A DNA stretch of 64,000 bases from Vicugna vicugna. Taxonomy: Eukaryota. Below, piece by piece: positions 27,000-40,807 of this stretch. Where the stretch lies: assembly GCA_013265495.1 (NCBI GenBank), contig MU057651.1, forward strand, positions 1,499,674 through 1,563,673, given 5' to 3'. A program made the position numbers and the translations under genes. Every line of letters begins with the position of its first letter. Within the stretch, counting starts at the first letter, position 1. The notes beneath the pieces were generated by a model, which was not told the DNA's origin, did not search any database, and saw nothing but the letters and a program-made list of their open reading frames with translations.

Positions 27000-28800
27000 T
27001 TACCAGCTCCATTTGTTCTCTTAATCCCATTGCTCACCTGCTTAAGAACAGCACTCCAGGAATGCTCACCTCTCTCTGACATCAATAATTTCTTCCTCTC
27101 TTCATGCTGCAGTATCTACCAAATAAAGTCCTCCACTCACCCCACATCCCTCTCCAGCTTCTGTCCCACTTCTCTTCCTGTGACAACAAAATTCCTTGAA
27201 AGAGATGTCTATTTTTACTGTCTCTAATTCCTCTCTGCTTCTCTCTTGAATTGTCTTCAGTTAGACTTTTATCACTATCATTCCATCAAAATAGCTTCTG
27301 TCAGGGTGACACAGGGACCTCCATGTTGTTAAATCAGATGGTGAATTCTCAGTCCTCATCTTGCTTGACATTTCATCAGCACTCTAAACTGTTGAACCCT
27401 CCTTCCTCCTTTAAACACTTTCTATCCATGGCTTCCGGGACACCATTCTCTCACCAGCCACCTCACTGGCTGCTCCTACTCAGTGCCTTTTGCTAGTTTC
27501 TCCTCTAAGTCCTGACCTCTAACCATTGGTGTGCCCCAGGATTCAGGCCTTGGACTATTTCTCTTCTTTAGACTCTTCCCCTAGGTAATCATATCCAATC
27601 CCATGGCTTTAACTACCATAGATACATTGAAGATTTCCAAATTTGCATCCGAGTTCAGACTTCTCTTAACTCCAGATGCATTTATCCAGCTGTCTCTCAA
27701 CATTCCTTCTTGGAGCTCTAATAGGCATCTTAAATGTAACATGTTCAAACGGAATTCCTGATTCCTCCACCACAAGCCTGTTTCTCCTCCAGTCTTGTCC
27801 ATCTCTGTTGATGGCAGCTCCATCCTTCCAATTGCTGAAGTCAAAACAGTGGAGTCATCCTTGACTCCTTTTTCTCCCACACCCCATACCCAAGACATCT
27901 ACAAGACATTATCAGACTTGTCTTCAAAATCTGATCAGTCTTCCCACCTGAACCCCTACTGCCCTGACCCTGGCCACCACCATCCCTCACTTGGGCTACT
28001 GCAACTGCCCCAGCTCCTTGCTTCTGCCCTTAATCTCTTTTTTAAAAAAATATTTTATTATTGTATAATTTATTTTTTAAACTTTGGCAGAGAGGGGAGC
28101 AGGGAGGTAATTGGGCTTATTTATTTTTGGAGGATGTGCTGGAGGTTGAACCTAGGACCTTGTGCATGCTAAGCATGCACTCTACCACTTGAGCTGTACT
28201 GTCCCCCATGCCCTTGAGCTCCTAAAGTCTGTTCTTACTCAACACAACAGCTGGAGTGCTTAATTTAAAGTTTAAGTTAGAGCATGATGTTCTTCATGGA
28301 ATAGTCTCCCAGGGCTCCCAACTTCACTCCGTAAAAGCTGGAGTCCATACAATGCCCTGTAAAGCCCTACCTGATTCAGCCCCAGCCTCACCCCTACCCT
28401 CTTCGTTCTTACTATTTTCCCACTCTGCTCCAATCACATTGGTCTCCTGGCTGTTCCTCAAACATGCCACACATGTTCCCATTTTGGGGCCATTGCACTG
28501 GCTGTCCCTCTGTCTCTCTCCCTGGATATTCACACGGATCACCTCCTTGCTTCCTGCAGGGCTCTGCTGAAATGCTAGCTCCTCAGAGAGTCCTAACTCA
28601 TGCTATTGTTTCTCTTAACAAATATCACCATCTGCTATATTACAATTTTATTTGATTAATGTCTGTCTCTTTCCAATGTAAACTTCTTGGGAGCAGGGAC
28701 CTTATTTTATCCTCTGTTCTACTCACTAGCACTTAGAATAGTGCCTAGCACCTAATAGTCAATTAATATTTTTTAAATGAATAAGTGAATGGACGAATGA
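27000..28800 (-). mobile_element. L2 LINE relic
   Basis: Pyrimidine-rich L2-like antisense sequence ending in the typical agtgcctagcac...tgaat repeats. Confidence 0.75.
28039..28207 (-). mobile_element. vic-1-type SINE
   Basis: ggtaatt...ttgaacctaggaccttgtgcatgctaagcatgcactctaccac; TSD tgccctt. Confidence 0.8.
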
Positions 28801-28828
28801 GTCACCCCACCAAGACTCCTCCAAACAG

Positions 28829-28960
28829 TGGGGGGAGGGTATAGCTCAGCAGTTGAGTGCATGCCTAGCATGTATGAAGTCCTAGGTTCAATTCCCAGTG
28901 CCTCTGTTAAAAATAAAAAATAAATAAACCTAATTACCTCCCCCTATTTAAAAAAAAAAA
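28829..28960 (+). mobile_element. vic-1-type SINE
   Basis: ggggagggtatagctcag...ggttcaattcccag...cctaattacc plus poly(A). Confidence 0.85.
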
Positions 28961-29129
28961 GACTTCAAACAGATAGTGTCATATAGAACAAGCCCTCAGT
29001 AACACTTAGGCAAAGCAGCTAAAATGACCTGCTCACCCCCCCAAAAACCAGATTCAGATCTCAGTGAAAGGTAGCCTTTGTCTCAGAATAAATATTGACA
29101 ACTCTACACCTGCTTTTTATAACTGAAAG

Positions 29130-29741
29130 TGAGACAGGAAGAGGGCAGGGCACAGCCATTCAAGGAACAACGCAACAATTAACATCAGGATGGCTGACGA
29201 TTCAACCCCCAGTAGGCCTTGAGGATCAAGATGATGGGAGATTTGACTTCTAGTAGACCTTGAACTTCATTATATGCCTACTGTAATATATTAACATGCC
29301 CACAAGCACCATGACAGTCCCAAGGCTAGCCACAAAAGGTCAAAGAGTGGGAAATGGCCAACTTTCTGGGAATCCCAGCCCCTTCCCCAGGCTAGTTAGA
29401 CTGGTCCTTTCACTTATTAGCATATGAAGCTACCAAGCCCATAAAAACTGGCAACATGGGGCCTCACAGCCCCCTCTCTCTCTCTTCGGAGATGGCCCGC
29501 ACTCTGTCTATGGAGTATGTACCTACTTTTACTCTAACCCGAGCACCCAACCCCACACCTCGTGGCCTTTCTCTTGCTTTAGATGTATCTGTAAGTAAAT
29601 CTACCTTTACTCAACTGTGGCTCGCTCTTGAATTTCCTGCACGAAGCCAAGGACCCACACTTGGCGGGGCACGTCCCAGGGGTTCAACTGAAGCCTGGGA
29701 CACAGCCTTCCTCATGCCCCATATCCATTTTTCCTGCATCA
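29130..29741 (+). mobile_element. ERV solo LTR, family A, copy 3
   Basis: tgagacaggaagagggcagg...ttcctgcatca, colinear with copy 1; flanks aaag/gaag. Confidence 0.9.
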
Positions 29742-31713
29742 GAAGTAAGGATATGAATCTTTATTTTACAGATGAATAAAATGATGAGGCCCAGAGAATT
29801 TAAGCAAGACACCTAGTTGGTAAAAATTCATCCTCTCATCCATTTCTTTCTCCATTCATTCAACATTTACTGAGCACTTACCACCAGCCAAGCATAGTTC
29901 TAGGCACTGGAAATACAGTTGTGAACAAGACACATGAACTTCCTGCCCTTCTTGAAGCTTAAACTCCAGTAAATGATCCTATGAGCAAAAGACCCTTGAT
30001 GATGTTTCACTGACTTGATTTATTGCTAGTGGATCAGCTGATAGCCCTAGAATCAATCTTTTTAAAATGCAAATTCCCAGCCAGTAGGTCTGGGGTGCCC
30101 GGGTGCCACTGGTATTGCTGGTCCAGGCATTACAATTTTAACAAAGTCTTAGTGTGAACACACTGTTTCAAGGAAATAGGAACATCTACTTGGCCCCTGT
30201 CCTTTGCTATAACACAGTCTAGACAGAAGGACTAATTACAGCACGTGGAGCAAATTTCAAGTTACCAAGACTTGGGATTTCCTGACAGGTGTGTTAAACA
30301 GGGCACTGGGAACTCTAGAAGCAGCTGGTATTCTGAGATACAGCTGGGCAGGCGGCATCAGGGAAGTCACAAGGTTTCAAGGCCCCAGTCATTGGAGAAT
30401 TCCAATTCCTGGGGATGGGGAGGAAAAGGACTGGAAAGAACAGAACAGATTGCCAGTTACAGAGGATTACCAAGGTCCAAACAGATGCCCAGGAACAATA
30501 GACCAGAATCAGAACAGAGATAGAAAATAGGGGCTTGAACTCTGGATGAAGATAGAAGCCATTACCATAGTGTTATGGTAGGATTTGTCTTGAATCCGTG
30601 CATTGAATTAGAGGCTCTTAAATTGCTGGAGGGCAAGATTGGTCCCACAGATGGGCAGAACTCACTGCATCTGTAGATTGGAATTCAAGTGGCTCTGGGG
30701 AGCAACTATGGATAGAGGAGGGCTTTGGGGACAGGAGACCCAGCAGATTCCACACTGCTCCTATCAGGAATTCTTAGAACTCACCAAGAAGCCAAAAGTG
30801 TGTTGGGCTTTCTTTTGAATGGTGTGGTCCAAAGGGAAAATTTAATATTGATTATTGGCCAGAGATAGTGAAAAAAACCCCACTGATTTCTTTCTTATCT
30901 GTCAGGCTAGAATGCTCTTGGATGTAAAGAATATTAAGCTAATACTGGGAAGGAAGAGAGAGCAGAGAGATCTGTGGAGAGTGAACTGATGGGAGAGACT
31001 GACAAAAGAGGACAAAGGAAATCTGGTATTTATAAAACTACGCCCTTGATAGGATGAAATGCAGGAGGGACCTGAGGAAGCCAGAACCTAATACTACAAA
31101 TGTCACCCCAGGCTGTGTGTCCCAAGTGAACTTTGCAAACAAGGATGACTAAGCCCTGGCTTCCTTGAAATTCACTGAGCAGAGTGGCCAATCATCTGAC
31201 ATCTCTCCTTCAAAAGAAGCCGGAAAGGCAGTGTCGCCCCACTGACTCCGAACTGGACACTGGGAGCAGTACCGATTATGAGAGTGGCTTCCAGAGCCAA
31301 ACAAGCCTGGGTCTGAATTCCTGCTCTGCCACTTCACTTGTCTGGGCCTCAGTTTCCTCATCTGTAAATTGGGATGATAATAAAATCACCTACATCACTG
31401 AACTGTGGGGAGAATTCAGTGACTGGATGCACAGAAAGTGTTTAGGACATTGCCTGGCACCCTGTAAGCTTTTGGTAGGTGTTGGTTGTTACTGCTATTG
31501 CAACAAAGATGGAACACGAGAGTCCAACCCCCTTATTGGCTAGAAAAGAAGCATGACATCCAGAGAGAAAGAGGCAATTGTTCCAGAACAGAGCAGGGCG
31601 AGGGACAGAAACTGGGTCTCCTGAACACGATCCTCTTCCCATTACGCAATATTGACTTTTCAGAGGAGTGGCTTCCCAACCTGTTAGATCACAAATACAT
31701 TTGCCACTGTAAT

Positions 31714-31739
31714 ACACACACACACACACACACACACAC
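31714..31739. repeat. (CA)n microsatellite
   Basis: Direct observation. Confidence 0.95.
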
Positions 31740-32321
31740 GTATATAACTGACACAAAATTTGCGTGAAATAGTACTTTGATAGTCTACATTCACTCACTC
31801 TAATATTTCCTGTTCTATTCTTTGAAATAACAACAAAAATAATAATAACTAGGAATAAAAAAACCCAACAGGGTCAGAAACGAAAAGTAGGAATTAAACA
31901 AAGCCAGCTGGAGAATATTACACTTGTGGGGGTAACACACATCAGAGCCCAGGAGAGGCACTCGGATGCCTATCACACTGAGTATAGAAGAGGCCAAATC
32001 TGCCCCACTTACATGAAATAACCATATCCCTTTCCCCCAACCACTGCATCACACTGCCCCTATTCTAAAGAAATCAGAAGCATTAGGGGAGGAGGACTGA
32101 AGGGCAGATAATTCAAGTACATCTGGCCACAGGACATGCCAGAGCTGAGGGGCACAGGAAAATGCCCTGAATCTGAAATAGGATTGAAGATTTCAAGTAG
32201 GACAAGACTGGATTGAACATGATGTGATATAAAATTGGCTAGGAAACCCAGTGATGATGCCCACGTGATATTATTTAAGGGAGGGGAAGGAGATTGGAGC
32301 TAATTAAAAACATTAATTGTA

Positions 32322-32618
32322 AACAAGTTCCTTTGTATCACTTTTTTAGATTCCACACGTAAGTGATAACGTATATTTATCTTTCTCTATCTGACTTGTT
32401 TTATTTAGTATGAGAATCTCTAGGTCCATCCATGTTGCTGCAAATGGCATTATTTCATTCTCTTTTTAATGGCTTATAGCACAGGGAACTCTATTCAATA
32501 GCTTATAATAACCTATAATGAAAAGAATACGAAAAAGAATGTCTAAATGAATCACTATGCTGTACACCAGAAACTAACACAACATTGTAAATCGACTATA
32601 CTTCAACTAAAACAAATA
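32322..32618 (+). mobile_element. 5'-inverted (twin-primed) truncated L1
   Basis: Antisense L1 segment (~32322-32475) joined to a sense L1 3' tail; 16-bp TSD aaaaacattaattgta at 32306 and 32619. Confidence 0.85.
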
Positions 32619-32894
32619 AAAAACATTAATTGTAGAGGGAAACATTTCATGTTGGTCCCCCTGTGCTCAGACTGCAGAATAACCTCCTTACATTTGCAGT
32701 GCTGCACAAAATTTTTACACACACGGAAACAACGTTTTTATTAATAGAGGATTCGTTAGATAAATTGGCATAGAGCTGTATGATGGATTATCATGTCACA
32801 GTTGAAAACTGAAGTATGTCTCTAATGCTGATGGGAAATTGCAAATGTGTGTATTTTTCTTGACAAAATAAAAATACAGAGGCATGTCTAGGGA

Positions 32895-33760
32895 TTTGGT
32901 TATTCTGGACATTTCATATGAATAGAACCATGCACTATGTGGTATATTATGTCTGGCTTCTTTCACTTAAATAACGTTTTTTCAAGGCTCACCCATGTTG
33001 TAATGTGAATCAATACTCTATTCATTTTTATGTCCAAATAACATTCCATTGTATGATTATATCACATTTTGTTCATCCATTCATAAATTGATGGAAATCT
33101 GTGTTGTTCTTAATTTTTGGCGATTTTGAATACTATTGCTATGAACATTCATGTACAAGTTTTGTGTGGACATGTATTTTCAGTTCTGTTGGGTACATAC
33201 CTAGGAGTGGACTTGTTAGGTCATATGGTAACTGTGTATTTAGCTTTTTGATGAACTGCCAAACTGTTGTACAGAGTGGCTGCACATTCCCACCAGCAAT
33301 GTATGAAGGGTCCAATTTCTCTGCATCCTCAACAAAACTTATTATTATCTGTCTTTTTAATTATAGCCAACTCAGTGGATGAGAAGGGGTATCATTATGG
33401 TTTTGATCTGTATTTCCCTGATGACTAGTGATGTTGAATATCTTTTCATGTGCTTCTCTTTTTAAAAAAACATTTTTTATTGAGTTATAGTCATTTAACA
33501 ATGTTGTGTCAAATTCCTTTTTAAAAAAATTTTTGTCCAACTATTTTATTTATTCTGGGTTTTTTTTGGGGGGGGTAATTAGGATTATTTATTTATTTAA
33601 TGGCAGTACTGGGGATTGAACCCAGGATCTCATGCATGCTAAGCACACACTCTACCACTGAGCTACACCCTCCCCCTTCACGTACTTCTTTACCACTGGT
33701 ATACTTTCTTTGGAGAAGTGTTTATTCAAATACTTTGCTCATTAAAAAATTGAATTATAC
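32895..33760 (-). mobile_element. Old L1 (L1M) antisense fragment with nested L1 tail and vic-1-type SINE (~33518-33677)
   Basis: tggcttctttcacttaa...atacctaggagtgg...cccaccagcaatgtatga is antisense L1 ORF2 3' end. Confidence 0.8.
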
Positions 33761-34608
33761 AAATTTGAGATAGTAAAATATAAAAGTATTAATAAAGTCT
33801 CACCTTGTAGGCAAAATTTTGTGTAATATAATCCTAAATTAAAAATTGTCAAGGATGCCGTAATTTTAAAGATGATGGGTAGAGGGAACTTTAAACTGTA
33901 TTTAATCATTGGCACATAATTGTGCCTCTATCTGGTAAATGGAGATTGCTACTAGACTTCCTCAGAATTGCTCTTGAATTATTGGAGTTTTGAACGTTCA
34001 AAGTCTTCATGAAGACTCTGGAATAAAATGCAATCACCTTCTATAATCAGAACATGCTTCTGAAAGGAAATATGGTGGTTGCCTTTTAAAAAATATCTTT
34101 TATGATGTCTGACATATACATTAAAGCACATCAAATGTCCTAATCATGAGTGAACAGGTTGATGAATTTTTCTGCATGTGTATATGCGTGTAATCATCAC
34201 TTCCTCGATTAAAGACATGGAACGCTTCCATCATTCCTTATGGCCCTTCTCAGCCTACAACCTCACCTCAAAAGTAACATTATTCTGACTTGTATCAACA
34301 ATATGGCCTGTTCTTGACCTCAACTTAAATAGAATCAAGAGGTTTATATTCTTTTGTATGACTTCTTTTGCTCAACATAATGTCTGTGAGATTCATCTAC
34401 ATTGTTATGTTGGGGTGAGAAGGAAATCTGCACAGGAAGAAACGGTGATAGCAGAGATGCAAGTTTGGTTACATACAGGAAGGTTAATGATGAAGCGGGT
34501 GAGGTTTCTCCCTGATAAAAAAGGGAGTTACGAAGAAGGAAAAGGATAAAACTAGAATGAGTCTCGTGGCACTGGATTGGACTTGGCTGTATTGATATGA
34601 ACTCTTGG

Positions 34609-34977
34609 TGGATTAATTTCCTGCTGTAACAAATTACCACCAAATTAATGGCTTAAAACAACATGGATTTATTTTCTTATAGTTCTGGAAGTCAAAAGTC
34701 TAAAATCAAGGTGTTAGCTGGGCTGCATTCCTTCCAAAGGCTTTAGGGGAGAATCTGTTTCCTTGCTTTTTCCAGCTTCTAAAGGTTGCCTACATTCCTT
34801 GATTCATAGTCTACTTCCTCCATCTTCAAAGTGCATCACCCCAACCTCTGGTTTCATCACCACATCTCTTTTTTTTTCCTGTAGTCAAATCTCCCTCTTG
34901 TAAGAACACTTGTGAGTACACTGGGTATACCCAAATGACTCAAGAAATATCCTTATGTCAATATTCAGCCTACCACA
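34609..34977 (-). mobile_element. MLT1-type MaLR solo LTR
   Basis: ctgctgtaacaaattaccac...ggcttaaaacaaca...attcagcctaccaca. Confidence 0.8.
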
Positions 34978-35027
34978 TGTAGTGTAAATATATTTATGGC
35001 TAGGTATAGAAATAAATATAGAAGTAA

Positions 35028-35056
<29 letters not shown>
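35028..35056. repeat. (TG)n microsatellite
   Basis: Direct observation. Confidence 0.95.
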
Positions 35057-35065
<9 letters not shown>

Positions 35066-35264
35066 ACTGTACTTGTGTATATACAGATATTAGCTTCTGA
35101 ATACCATTGTCATGTAAAAGAGTTAGGGCTTCTTCAAGAGATCACTGATTCCAAAGCTGTGGCAAGAAAAGTATAAGATAAGCCTGAAAAATCTTACTGT
35201 GCTTTTGAAAATCAAGGAAGTACTAAAAAAAAAAATAGAGGCATGTCAAAAGAAATATAAGCCA

Positions 35265-36650
35265 AGGGTGGTTCAACATACGCAAATCAATCAATGTGAT
35301 ACATCACATCAACAAGAGAAAGGACAAAAACCATATGCATGATCATCTCAACAGATGCAGAAAAAGCATTTGATAAAATTCAACACCCATTTATGATTAA
35401 AAACTCTCACCAAAGTGGGTATAGAGGGAACATATTTCAACATAATAAAAGCTATATATGACAAACCTACAGCCAGCATAGTACTCAACGGTGAAAAACT
35501 CAAAAGCTTCCCACTAAAATCTGGGAAAAGACAAAGCTGCCCACTCTCACCACTCTTATTCAATATAGTCTTGGAAGTCCTAACCACATCAGTCAGGCAA
35601 GAGAGAGAAATAAAAGGGATCCAAATTGGAAAAGAAGAGGTAAAATTGTCACTATATGCAGATGACATGATACTATATACAGAAAACCCTAAAAGGTCCA
35701 CAAAAAAACTACTAGGACTAATCGAAGAGTTCAGCAATTTAGCAGGTTACAAGATTAACGTACAAAAATCAGTTGCACTTAGGCACATGAAGAAATGCTC
35801 AATATCACTAATTATCAGAGAAATGCAAATCAAAACCTTTATGAGGTATCACCTCACACCAGCCAGAATGGCCATCATTCAAAAATCCACAAATGACAAA
35901 TGCTGGAGAGGCTGTGGAGAAAAGGGAACCCTCCTACACTGCTGGTGGGAATGCAGTTTGGTGCAGCCACTGAGGAAAACAGTATGGAGATTCCTCAAAA
36001 GACTAGGAATACACTTACCATATGACCCAGGAATCCCACTTCTGGGCATATATCCAGAAGGAACCCTTCTTCAAAAAGACACCTGCACCATAATGTTCAT
36101 AGCAGCACTATTTACAATAGCCAAGACATGGAAACAGCCTAAATGTCCATCAACAGATGACTGGATAAAGAAGATGTGGTGTATTTATACAATGGAATAC
36201 TATTCAGCCATAAAAAACAACAACATAACGCCATTTGCAGCAACATGGATGTCCCTGGAGAATGTCATTCTAAGTGAAGTAAGCCAGAAAAAGAAAGAAA
36301 AATACCATATGAGATCGCTCATATGTTGAATCTAAAAAAAAAAAACATAAGTACAAAACAGCAACAGACTCATAGACATAGAATACAAACTTGTGGTTGC
36401 CAAGGGGGCAGGGGGTGGGAAGGGATAGACTGGGAGTTTGAAATTTGTAGATACTGACAGGCATATGTAGAATAGATAAACAAGATTATACTGTATAGCA
36501 CAGGGAAATATATACAAGATCTTGTGGTAGCTCACAGTGAAAAAGAATGTGACAATGAATATATATGTGCTCATGTATAACTGAAAAATTGTGCTCTACA
36601 CTGGAAATTGACACAACATTGTAAACTGACTATAACTCAATTAAAAAAAA
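35265..36650 (+). mobile_element. Relatively young 5'-truncated L1 with an internal deletion (ORF2 RT and C-terminal remnants, 3' UTR)
   Basis: ORF 35415-36329 has the RT motif LYADDMILY and C-terminal CWRGC..HCWWEC; poly(A); TSD aaaagaaatat(t)aagcca. Confidence 0.95.
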
Positions 36651-36883
36651 AGAAATATTAAGCCAGCTGGAAGGGGCTCCCATTGGCCAAATTGGGACAT
36701 TTTGTGCATTAAAATAAACAATGTAAGTAACTGATTGTTAACACGTTGAATCATATGGGAAACTATGAGTTTGTACTGATATAAAGAAATAAGTGAGGAA
36801 CTGGAAAAATACACTGAATGAGATTAATAGCAGAACAGACATTGCAGAAGAAAAAAAATGAGTGAATTTGAAGACATACCAGT

Positions 36884-39800
36884 TGTATTAGTTTTCTATT
36901 GCTATGTAACAAATTACCCCCAAATTTAGCTGCTTGAAACAGCATGCACTTATTATCTCAGTTTCTCAGATCAGCTATCCAGGTACAATTTACCTGAGTC
37001 ATCCAGACTGCAAACAAGGCGTTTCCTGGGGGCTTGGTCATCTCAAGGTTAAACTGGGGCGAGACCCACTTCCAAGTTCACTCAATGACTGTTGTCAGAA
37101 TTCAGTTCCTCACAGGTATTGGATTGAGGGCCTCAGTTTCTCACTGTCTGTTGGCCAGAAACAATCCTCAGTGTCTTGCCATGTAAGCCTCTCCAGTTGG
37201 AAGCTCACAGCACTTCAGCTAATTTCATCTAAGCAAGTAGTCAAGAGAGTCAGAAAAAATACAAACGAGGTGGAGGTTACAATAATCTATGAACTAATAT
37301 TGGAAGTGACATCCCTTCACTTTTTCTGAATTCCATTTGTTAGAAGCAAGTCACTAATTTCAGCCCACACTCAAAGGGAAGATATTACACAGGAGTGTGA
37401 CTAACAGGAGGTGGGGATCAGAATCAGAAGCTGTCTAGCACAGTCTGTCCTGTGGCCCCCAGTGGTTCATGTCCCTTCCACAAACCAAATATATTTACCC
37501 ACTTCTCAGGTCCCTTAAAATCTCATCTCACTTGCAGCATCAGTTCAACACCCAGAATCCTTTTATCTATATCTAAATGAGATCTATATCTATACCTAGA
37601 TATCTAAATGCTTTAGGCTCCTCAGATGTATTTCCTTATATATAATTACTAGTTCTCAATTTGAAAATCTGTAAAACTAGAGAAACATGTTATCTGCCTG
37701 CTAACTCTCACACAAACACCCAAAAGACAGTGGTGGAACAGGTGGAGGATAACTGCTATAGACGTCTCTGCTCAAAATGGGAGGGAATGGAATGTACAAA
37801 GGAGTCACTGGTCCACAACAGTTGTGAAATCTACCAGGAAAATGTTGAACATTACTTAAGTTTTGAGAGTCATAAATAATTCTGTATAGCACTTGGCTGA
37901 ACCCACTGGGCTCTTGGTTCCAACTTCTGAGTCTTCCTTTTTCATGAAAAGTAGCACAAGTTTTTAAATGAGTGTTTTCTCAGGCTACTTACTGCTGGTA
38001 GAATTGTGGCCTGTCTCCTCATTTTGTACCATCACTTTCCCTTTCAGTCAAAGCTGACAGTGTTCCTGCTGATAGAATTTTCTCAAAAACTTGTTGGACT
38101 TCTGTGAATTACATTAGACAAAAACATAATTAAAAATCTTTTTTAAAAAAACTCCCTTCTCTGTCTTGGGGCTCTGCTGAGCCAGCTAAGGGACTATGCC
38201 CTTAAGTTTCCTAGGGCCCCTATTGCTCAATTAGAAACTCTGTGAAGCACACGCTTAATTGCTTTCATGGGCCCTTGGTGTTAGTGAACAATATGCTTAC
38301 TGCGTTGATCTTTCCAAGGTCTTAACAAAAGATTGTACAGTCACAAATTTGGACCATTTTCGCTGACAGGGTTCGGAAGCCATTTGTCAATTTCCTTCCT
38401 TTTTTCCTTTCCTCCTTCCTTCCTTCCTTTTTCTTTTTTAAGCTTCTTAGCACATAGCGTGTACCTTTAATTGGAGTATTCCCATCATTATGTCTGGAAA
38501 ATCTTCATTTTTCCTCCTAAAAAAGGGTTTCCTATTACTTCCTTAATTTTCTTCTTCTGGAACTTTATTAAAACATATTTTAGAGTCAGTCAACTTAACT
38601 CTCTTGTCTTTAATAGCTCTTTCATGGTTTTATTCCTTTTTAAAAATATTGCATTCTTTATTTTAGTTTTCAAATCTCTATTTGCCTATGACTGTCTTGG
38701 CTGTTACAGTGTCTCAAATTGAGTTATTTAAATGACTACATAAATTTTTATTTACTACAATGTAACATTTCCACTTATTAATCCATGTCTGTTGAATAGA
38801 ATTCAATGTTTTCTTATTTGTATGGGTGCTGCACTTTACCTCTTTGAAGACTAAATTTACTTATTTTATAGCATTCTCTATTGCATTCAAGTTTCTAAAC
38901 ATATCTTCTATTGCTTATTTGTTGGTTGTCTTTCTTTAATTTTTTAGAATTTTAGAATATTAGTTGCAGAGTCACCTTGACTGCTTCTGTGTGTGTTGTG
39001 TGTGTGTGTGTGTGTGTGTTTCCCCCTTTCTTTCTCAGCTCCCTTCTTAGGTTTGCAGTTGTCTTCTTCTGACCCCCTGTGGTTCTCATTCAAACTGGGT
39101 TATCCTATCTACTTGGGGATCCTTTCCTGTGGTAGTATTAGATATATTATAGATTTGATGTATAATCAATTTGTTCAGGTCCTAATTATGGACTTAGATC
39201 TGGTTCACCTGCCTCTCTAAAGTGCTCAGGTTCATATAATAAGTCAGGGCCCCTGGCAGTGATCGGTTTGGGCTTTTCAGCTGTTTTTTTGGTTGGGGGT
39301 GTGTCACCTCAGGTTTGTTTTGAGTCAATGAGTCGAGACAATTTTATTCCCCATCTATGTAGATGCTATGTTTGTCCCTCTCTATCCACTATCATGGTGT
39401 CCATTCTGATCTTTTTTTTTTGTATTTCAGTAGAAAACAAAACAAAACAAAATGTACTTATGCTAGGTTGGACTTTGTGTCTCAGTATCTACACGTCTGC
39501 ATTATTCTAGTGGCCAAGATTGCAACTGCTACATTGTTCCTACAGAGGCAATTGCCTTTTGTAGCTAGACACACCTGGGTATGAATCTCACTTATGTCAC
39601 ATACTAGCAGCATGACTCATTATATTCATCTGTAAAACGGGGGTAGTCTTGTAAGAAATAAAGGAGATGATATATGTAAAGCCCCCAGAACCTAATACAG
39701 GGTCTATGAACAATGTATTGCCTCCACCTGAGTGACAATTGAATTTTTCCACAGCCCGCAGCCAGGAAAGTTCCCCTCAACCTTGGTTGATTTATAATAT

Positions 39801-40807
39801 CTTAACTTCAGCATCTTTTGCTCTCTAGAAAGGCTGAGAATTTTCAAAGCCACCAATTTCTGGCTCCTTTTTAACAGTTCTTCCCTCACTTTCTCTCTCT
39901 CCTCTCACATTTTACTTTAAGTGGCAAGAAGAAACCAAATAGTACCTTCAAAACTTTGCTTGGAAATGTCCGTAGCTAGATAACCATGTTTACTAAGCAC
40001 ATGTTCTTTTCATGTAACTGCAAACAACAATGCCACTAAGCTTTCTGCCACTATATAACAAAGATCCCTCACCTCCAGTTTCCAATAACACATTCTTCAC
40101 TGAGCTGCTAAAGGCAATTTAGGTTATCTTTAACAGGGTTCTAAAAATCTTTTAACTCCTCACCTATTTCCAGACTCCAATGTCATGTTCACATTTTTTA
40201 TGTATTTGATAAGCAGTGCTCCACTCCTTGGTACCCAAATCTGTATTAGTTATCTATTGTTTCAGAACAAATTATCCCCTAAATTAGAAACATGAAACAA
40301 TGTGTACCAGTTTTATACCTTCTGTACATCAAACATCCAGATGCACTGTAGCTGGGTCCTCTGTTTCAAGTTCTCTCACAGGCTGCAGTCATCTTGAGAC
40401 TTAGCTGGGGAAGGGTTTACTGCTAAGCTCACTCACGTGGTTGTTGGCAGGACATAGTTCCTTATGGGCTGTTGGACTGATGGCCTCAGATCATCAATGG
40501 TTATTGGTCAGAGGCTGCCCTAACTTTCTTGCCATCTGGACCTGCCCATAGGGTAGCTCACAACATGGCAGCATGCTTCAGCAGAGTAAGCAAACAAGAA
40601 GAGCCAGAAAGAGAGAGTGAGAACAAGGCAGGAGTCGTAGTCTTTTACAACCTAATCCTAGAGAAGACATTTCACCACTTTTGCCTCACTCTATTCATTA
40701 TATTCAAGCCATTAGTTCTAGCCTACACTCAAGGGGAGGTAATTACACAAGAACATAAAACCAGGAGTTGAGGTCATTGGGAGCCATTTTAGAAGCAGAC
40801 TGTCACA
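36884..40807 (-). mobile_element. MaLR (MLT1-type) provirus with both LTRs (36884-37442; 40242-40807) and internal region, inserted in an old L1 ORF1 relic
   Basis: Two colinear LTRs starting tgtattagtt on plus; internal start gatttgggtaccaaggagtgg on minus next to the right LTR; L1 ORF1-like sequence resumes on both sides. Confidence 0.75.

Noticed and set aside
15011..29741. LTR copies 1 and 3 as the two ends of one provirus
   Set aside because: No PBS/gag/pol/env between them, the interval contains ancient MIR/L2, and each LTR has its own near-matching flanks
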